From Prorocentrum cordatum (taxonomy: Eukaryota), in the NCBI GenBank assembly GCA_963575745.1, contig CAUYUJ010000201.1:62001-116915 (forward strand): a stretch of DNA of 54,915 nt. Direction: 5' to 3'. Shown in pieces: positions 47,937 through 54,915 of the stretch; position 1 is the first letter of the stretch; each line of letters begins with the position of its first letter. A program made the position numbers and the translations under genes. The notes below the pieces were generated by a model that saw nothing but the letters and a program-made list of their open reading frames with translations, searched no databases and had not been told where the DNA came from.

Positions 47937-48549
47937 ATCGATTGTTCCCGTGAGAACGAAGTGGATACCGCTGGTCCGCGGCCAGCTATCACCCACTTCA
48001 GGCCACCTCAGTCGAGCTGCACGCTGCTGAGAGCAAGCCTCTCTTCTCCTTCCTCCCCACGGCGACTGCACGCCTCATAGCGTGCGCCGCCTTCTTCTCA
48101 CAGTGGGCAGTGCCAAGCAACAGCGGCATGCAGCGGCTCAGCCACGGTACTGTAAGTAGCGCAAGCATGCCCAGTGTGGCACACATTAAATAAACAAGTC
48201 AGATCACACGTGGTGCTCGCAGTGCAGTCTGCCAAAGGAAAGCACGTTCAAGGGTGTACCTCCTCCCAGGGTGCCTGGGAAGCGCCCCCCTCAAGGTTCG
48301 TATCAGCGGGAGTAGGCGCTGGAGAAACAGCGCTCTGAGTTACGAAAGCACTTGCGGGAATTGCAGGGCAGCAGCGACAGCGACAAGTTAGGGGTCGGGG
48401 CCACCAGCTTGGGCATAGCCTTACACCTCAGACGCGGTCGCAGTCAAGCGTGGCCGCATTTAGGAGATCGGTCAAATTGTCAAGTTCTTGGGCCCGGTGA
48501 CTCGGCAGTCAAGACAAGGTTGGCGGCAGAGCGTGATCAACTGACTGCA

Positions 48550-51500
48550 AATTTTGAAGAGGATAAACCTTTTGAGGCGAGTCTGCAGAGTTTGCCTTAG
48601 TCAGTTCCCAACTGCCAGGGCCAAGAAAAACGACTGCGCGGCCAAACTGGCGTCGGCTGAGGAGGCTGCGGCTAAGGCTACGCAGGCAGTCAAGGCGGCG
48701 GTGGCCGAAGCCGCTGCAACAGCCCACATCATCGAGCTTGGGGAAAGGTTACGTTCGATGTTGGTCCCAGTTACTGCGTACGAGTACGAGTCTCTCGACA
48801 GCAAGCAAGCTTTGTCGGCCATCTTGCCAGGGCTGGAGTCCACTGTCCTGGCCCGATGCCATTATCAAGGCCCTCGGGGGGTCATACAAGTTTTCGTTCC
48901 AGGTAGGCCCTTGAGGCAGAACGTTAGCGTAACGTGAACAACAAACACATCATGCGGCCGGTCCGGCATGTCTTTCTGAGCTGGCCTGCTCTCGAGCGGC
49001 CACCCGAGCACGCAAAGCCACCAGCCTATCATTGGTGACAAGTGGGCGGAGCGGCACAAGAGAGACACTGAGTAGCGGCCGAAGCAGCTAAAGATACAGC
49101 GGCTGAAGCATCGCTACGTCGAGCTGGCCCTACACTGCCACGCGACACGTAGCGGGGATCCAATCCCTGACGGATTCGCTGCTGAGCGCACTGGCCGTTG
49201 AGGCTGGGTGCGGAAGGACAGGGTTTGCACAGGTTCCTTGCGTCTAACCTCGCATGCATGGCGGCTGAGGTTGCGAAGGTCAAACAGTCGGCAGCGGAGC
49301 AGGCTCATCATCCAGAGCGCGAGGCAGCTTCAGGGGAGGAGGAGATACCCACGGACCGCTGCTGAGCCTCCTGTGCAGCTGGGCCCGTCGGCAGCGCCCG
49401 CGGTACACGCGCCCGAGGTGCAAGCGTGGAGCAGTCCTCCAACGGAGTCCATCCGTAGCCTCGACGGCGCCTCCTGCCGCGAGCATCGCTCGAGGCCTGC
49501 GGCATCGATGTGCCTGCCCGCAGCGACGACGACGCTCCTGAATCTGAACGCCGTGATCGTCTCTCTCAGCAGCGTCTGGATGCAAGAAGCTCAAAGCAAG
49601 ATGCACAGTGGCGCAGGTCGCTGGTGATGTTGGTCGAACCCGGTTACGGAATGGCGATGCCACACACTCATCATCTTGGCTCGAACCAAATCGGCTGTGG
49701 TGCGACACCCAACTTTCATGGTCCTCCTGGTGGCGCTCGTGCTGACAGAGACTTGGGTGGGTTGGGTGGCGCCATTTCCTACAGTGCTCACGGTGGGTCA
49801 TCGTGCCCAGTTCCTCCTAGGCTTCCTGGTGGTGCTCGTGCTGACCGAGGCTTGGGTGGGCTGGGTGGTGGCACTTCCAACGAGTGCTCCCTTGTCCCTC
49901 CTTCCCTCCTGGTGACGATCGCGCTGGCAGCGGATTGGGTGGGCTGGGCAGGCTTCCTTCCAGCGATACTTCCAACAGTATCTCCAACGGCTCCAGGCCC
50001 CCTGGCGGTGCAGGCATGGCTGCCAGCACAAGGCCTCTCCGGCCCCATCCCTCACATCCTGCTGGCGGTCTTCGCGCTCAGAGCCTGGCGGGTGGGAATC
50101 GGGAGCGGCTCACTTCCAGCGCGCGGCCCGCGCGCAGCGCAGAGGGCGGCCCCCTGCCCGTCGATGCACAGCGCAAGCACTGCTCCAGCAGGCCTTCGCC
50201 ACGGGCCACTGGAGTAGGTCGGCTAGACGCAAGAGTGACCCTGGGCAAGAGTGACATTTGGTGCGCAGCTTTGGGGGGCGCGAGGGGGCCAAACCCAAGG
50301 GCGCGGGCCGCTTATATCGCATCGTGCTCGGCGATCGAGGAGAGCCCGACGAGCCCGCACCAAAGGTCACTCCGGCGAAGGGTCACTCCGACGTCTAGTC
50401 GAGTGGGGACGGGCAGCCTGGCTGGGCCTCGCGCGGTCCCTACAGGTTCTTCGGTGGCACCCTCTGCCTCGACGGCGCCATCGACGAAGGTTTCGGCGCG
50501 CCCACAGGCACTAGCTCGCGTCCCGAAGGCTACGTTCGTGACGATCAACTCTAGTTCGCTAGGCCCGCTCTGTGGCTACCCCATCACGTCGCAGGTGCAG
50601 GTGATGCTGGCACAGGATCACCACGCTGGCTGACACGGCATTTGGAGCGCGGTGGATAACGACGACGGCGGCCCTGGCACGTCTGGTAGAGTTGCGATGT
50701 CCGTGCGCTCCAATGTCACCACCACTGCTCCGCCTGGAGCTCATGGGCCAGAGCTCGTCGCAGGCAGGCTTTCTGCAGCGCGAGCGCGCTCCTTCTTGCA
50801 AGGAGGAATTGTGCTCCTGTCTGTCGACCTTGACTGTACAGGACTGTTGTGTCCAACCAACCAGGCGATCATTTGGGGGCTCTCAGGGCAGCTGGCGGTC
50901 TTTAAACGGCCTGCAAGTTCCATGGGTCAGTGGGGCCGACTAGAACATGGAACTCGTTGCGTCGAGCCAGTCGGGCGGATCGAAGCCATCGGAGCGACCA
51001 CTTGGGTTGCCGAAGCCTGCCCACCTCGGCAAACAGCCCCAGGATGCCGCAGCGACTGTTTCGTCTGCAGCAAATCGCTGGCCCCACTGAGCCCTGCTCT
51101 CCCCCTCGTCGTCGAGGATGCCTCCACCGTCCCTCCTCTCCCCGCGGGGCTGCGCCTCTCCGCCAAACCCACGCCTGCGTGGGTGACATTGCCCACAGAA
51201 CCCACGACGCGTTCTCCGACCCCTCCCATGGGCCGCAGACGCCCGCCTCTGTCTCCGCAGCAGGCGGCCTTGGACGTCGCCAGCAGTGGCAACGACCTGT
51301 CTGCCGCGGCGCCCGCTTGGGATTTGGTGCTGGGCGGGCCCGAGCGCGAGCTCGCGGCCAGGCGGGGCCGCGCCAGGCCCGAGGCCAAGGCCGATCCGGG
51401 CCGCGGGGAGGCTCGGGAGATCCAGTGGCGAGACCTGGTTCGCGAGCCCCACCCCCGAGCGCAGGACGCACAAGGGGTCCGCGCACTGAGGCCTGGTCGG

Positions 51501-52700
51501 CTGCTTCAGGCTGGCCCAAGCACGTGGCCAAGTTGCGACAGCTCTTTGTCCAAGGAGTCGAGTTGTCGCAGGCGTCGGGTGCTGCGCGTTTTTTTTCTTA
51601 CAGAGGCTTCTGTGCAACTCACGCACGCGGCACGCGATCTCTTTCCCAGCGGCCTTGCGGTTCTGACCAGGGGAGATTGCGCCGAGGCTCTGGCCCGCGT
51701 CTACTCCCAGGCCCAAGGAACGATCCAGGACACCCAGAATGAGGCCTCGAATGCTTGGAAGCAGCGAGCCAGAGACGATTTCGCTCCAGGAGCCTCCAGG
51801 GCACATCGCTTCTCCCAGGTCTAAGCTGCTCAAGAAGTTCTCAGCCACCAAACCAGACTGGCACCGCACCAGCTTGCAGATGGCGAGCTGCAGCCCTCGA
51901 CGGATGTCTGGCGCGCTCACGACAATATACGTCTCGAGTGCTCCCCTGCGCCCGACAGTTGGCCCGTCCCCCCGCGTGTTTCTGGGGGTCCGGTACCAGG
52001 CTGGCTGCGCCTACTCTTGAAGGATGGCAGCGGGCCTCACGGGCATTCATCTTCGGGCTCTGGTGCATTTGCCGAGGCAGGCTCACGAGACCATAGCGAC
52101 CATTTTTAATTTGTGCGAAGAGCTCCTGGCTTGGCCAACGGACCGAGCGCGCAGCGCGTTGGTCAGACTAGCCAAGCCCGAGGGGGGCGCCAGGCCCATC
52201 GCCTTAATCCATTGTTTTGCCGAGTGCGGGACGAAGTCAGGAAGCCCATCACTTTTGAGCGGCAGGATCGCCCCAACTGACTGGAGGTCTGGGGGGCTCG
52301 CAGGCGCCACAGTTCCTCAGACAGCGCGTTCGCGCATGACCTCGAGGCTGAAATAGCCAGCTTGGTTGGTGATGTCGCGGTCTCTGCGCTGCTTGACATG
52401 GTGAAGTTGCGTGAGATGATTCACTCAAACGTGCGTAAAGAGGCTGAGGCTTCGTCCTTTCCCCGTCGCCTCGCTTGGATGCTCGTGGACTTGCAAAGAC
52501 AGTCACGACGCCCCAAGGCGTTCGGCAATCTCTCGCGGCCTCTCACGGCGCGCCAAGGCACCCCAGACGGGTGCAACCATGTGACGGGAATGCTTGCTTC
52601 TGCTCACGCGTCGTGCTTCAAAGCATATCAGCGCCATGTCTCCGCGCTTCACGCCTAGAGCTCTGGTAGACGACGTGTCTGTCCAGCTGGTCTCGCCGCC
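48550..52700 (+). mobile_element. Decayed LINE-like non-LTR retrotransposon (APE endonuclease + RT), truncated after the catalytic DD
   Basis: EN-like FVTINSSSL...VMLAQDHH...TSGRVAM...GRLSAA...LLSVDL at ~50530-50900. RT motifs LAKPEGGARPIAL, ALLDMVK, QGTPDGC and LVDDVSV at ~52170-52690. Many stops and frameshifts; the 5' limit is approximate. Confidence 0.8.
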
Positions 52701-52714
52701 AGCTGACTATGTTA

Positions 52715-52845
52715 GCATTTCCCAACCATCCTGTGGTGCTGGGTCCTCGTTTTGAAGAGGCAGCGCCCAGTGTCTCTCCCTCCCTTCCGCCTCCTCCTCC
52801 CCCACCTCCTCCTCCCTCCCTCCTCCCCCCATAGGGAGCTGCCGT
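52715..52845 (-). mobile_element. 3' end of the SINE-like family, copy 3, interrupting the LINE RT
   Basis: Minus strand GCTCCCTATGGGG, purine tract, then CTCTTCAAAACGAGGACCCAGCACCACAGGATGGTTGGGAA. Confidence 0.7.
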
Positions 52846-53473
52846 CCCGGGCCAGGGGCCTTTTCCAGCACACAGGGTGATGAGGCTGGCCGCCTCCGCC
52901 GGGACAGCAGCCACGCGCGTCGCCCCCGCCGGGCGCCTCCTGGCAAGCGCAAGCGACCGCGCGCAACGAGGCTCCTCCGGCCGGCGCTGCTGCAGCCCGC
53001 CGAGGCAGCACCTCCGCGCCCCTGCACGGAGACTCGGCTACGCGGCCCGCGTCGGCCGCCGCCCGCACATGCAGGACGTCGCCGCGCTGGTCGCCGCGCT
53101 GGTTCGCCGTCCCGTTCCGCTTCCACCTGCTGCGCGGCAGCGTGACGTGCCGTCACCGGACGCCCATCCACGCGTGCTACTTCGTGCCCATGATGCCGGT
53201 CCTGTACATGCAGATGATGATGTTTCTCACTCTCATCCGCCGCCTGCCCATCCGCCGCCCCTCTTTCCAATGCGGAGCGCGCCGTCGCCGTCGCCGCCGG
53301 TTACGCGGGCGACGTTTGTCACTGCTGCTGATGTGCCGACGTCGCCGCCGGCTACGCCCCCTCGCTCTTCGGCAAGTGGCTCTGCAGTTGCCGCCGAGTC
53401 CGACGTCCCGCCGTCCGAGGAATCTTCGCACAGCACTACCGACTCCGACGAGTTCGCGTACCCGCGCAGTGTC

Positions 53474-53519
<46 letters not shown>

Positions 53520-54349
53520 CGGTGCCGCGCGGTGCCGCCGACGCTGCTTGGCGAGGGCTCTGGCGACTGGGGGGGGCTCTGGTGATCAAAGGGCTGCTCC
53601 GCCTGAAGCTGCTCAGCATGCGGCCCCTGCTGCTGCGGCGGCGCCGCTGGAGGCGCCCTTGCCCGCGGCCAGCGCGACCGCGCGGGCCTGCACGCCGCAG
53701 CTGCCGCGCACGCCGCCGCGCGCTCAGGCCGAGGGCGATGAGCAGCCCAGGCCGACGGAGGTGAAGAGGGCGCAGCGGACGGCGCCAGCCGACATGGAGC
53801 CCCAGGATGCCGGAGGACCGCTCGTGATAGCGGGCAGTCTGACGGCGGCAGGGATGCGTCTCCCCGCGCTGGAACGGGGCCCCGCCCTTCGGAGCTACTG
53901 GCGGCGCGTGGCACAGGAACGCGCTGCCGCTGCCAGCTCCGCGTGGGCGGCAGGATGAGGCTCGTTTCTCACATTCATTGGCTTGCGTCGCATCCCCTCC
54001 CTTCCTCGGTTAGCGCGAAGGTAATAGCAGTTGTTTGCCTCCGCCGTCGTCGTTCGTCCGCGTCGAGAGGGCGCGAAGTTTTCCTTCCCCCGCTCACGTA
54101 CGAGATGTCACGACATCACGAGAGCAGGAGAGTTTCAGTCTGTGTCCCAGCCTTCTCCCCGGCTCTCTTCCGCGCCACGAGAGCAGGAGGAACTCGGTTT
54201 GTGTCCCAGCCCTCTTTCTCCCTCTCCTCATTCACTTGTCCTCCCTCCATCCCTCCCTCCATTGCCCCTCCCGAGTGGCCGCGAGCCCACGCCGTGGCAA
54301 TTGATTCGTTGCGCGCTCCGCTGCTGGCCGCTCGTTTTGAGAGAGTGGG

Positions 54350-54915
54350 CGTCTCCCCCACCCAGCACAGCCCGCCGTGGCCCCAGAGGGAGCTCCGCCG
54401 AAGGCTCCAGTGGCTGCACTCGCATGCGCCTACCCCACCCAGCACAGCGTTTCGTGGGGGGAGCTTCACCGAAGGTCCCAGCGGCTGCACTCGCATGCGT
54501 CTCCCCCACCCAGCACAGCGCGCCGTTGCCCCATAGGGAGCTAAGGCCCCAGTGGCTGCACTCGCATGCGTCTCCCCTGGCCAGTACAGCGCTTAGGGGG
54601 TTCGACCGAAGGCTCCAGTGGCTGCACTCGCATGCGTCTCCACCAACCAGCACAGCGTTTCGTGGCCCGAATCAGAAAGCCCACCGAAGGCCCCAGTGGC
54701 TGCACTCGCATGCGTCTCTCCCACCCAACAGCGGTTCGCGGCTTCCTAGGGAGCTCCACCGAAGGCCCCAGCGGATGCACCCGCATGCGTCCCCACCACC
54801 CAATACAGCGCTTCGTGGCCCCCAGGACCCTCTAACGAAGGCCCCAGTGGCTGCACTCGCATGCGTCTCCCACGCTCAGTGCAGCGCTTCGTGGCCCCAT
54901 AGGGAGCCCCACCGA
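54350..54915 (-). repeat. 66-78-bp tandem repeat related to the SINE-like VNTR, runs off right edge
   Basis: GCAC.CGCATGCG recurs at ~54416, 54487, 54558, 54624, 54702, 54777 and 54853, and shares GGCCCCATAGGGAGCTCCACCGAAGGCCCCAG with 18480-18680. Confidence 0.9.

Overview
GC-rich, repeat-dense eukaryotic DNA that looks like a dinoflagellate nuclear genome. This is inferred from several relics of the dinoflagellate spliced leader DCCGTAGCCATTTTGGCTCAAG, introns with GA/GC/GT donors and AG|G acceptors, and co-oriented genes. The left part (1-21.8 kb, all minus strand) holds three intron-containing genes: a large hAT-like DDE transposase with a C-terminal PHD-like finger (13.0-21.8 kb), a stand-alone C5 cytosine methyltransferase (6.3-8.1 kb), and a large protein with a ParB-like N-terminus that runs off the left edge. 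Together they may be one giant cargo-carrying DNA transposon, but its ends were not found. The middle holds a probably secreted repeat protein with an SL relic, satellites, microsatellites and LINE/SINE debris. At 36.7-47.6 kb is a near-complete Ty1/Copia LTR retrotransposon with several unusual traits: protease in the gag frame, a probable -1 slippery site between PR and IN, a methyltransferase-like module between IN and RT, an SL relic inside the LTR, and an intact 856-aa extra ORF after pol with coiled coil plus RRM. The right end holds a decayed EN-RT LINE and a VNTR-bearing SINE-like family. Exon boundaries and domain calls were read by eye and need HMM, structure and RNA-seq confirmation.
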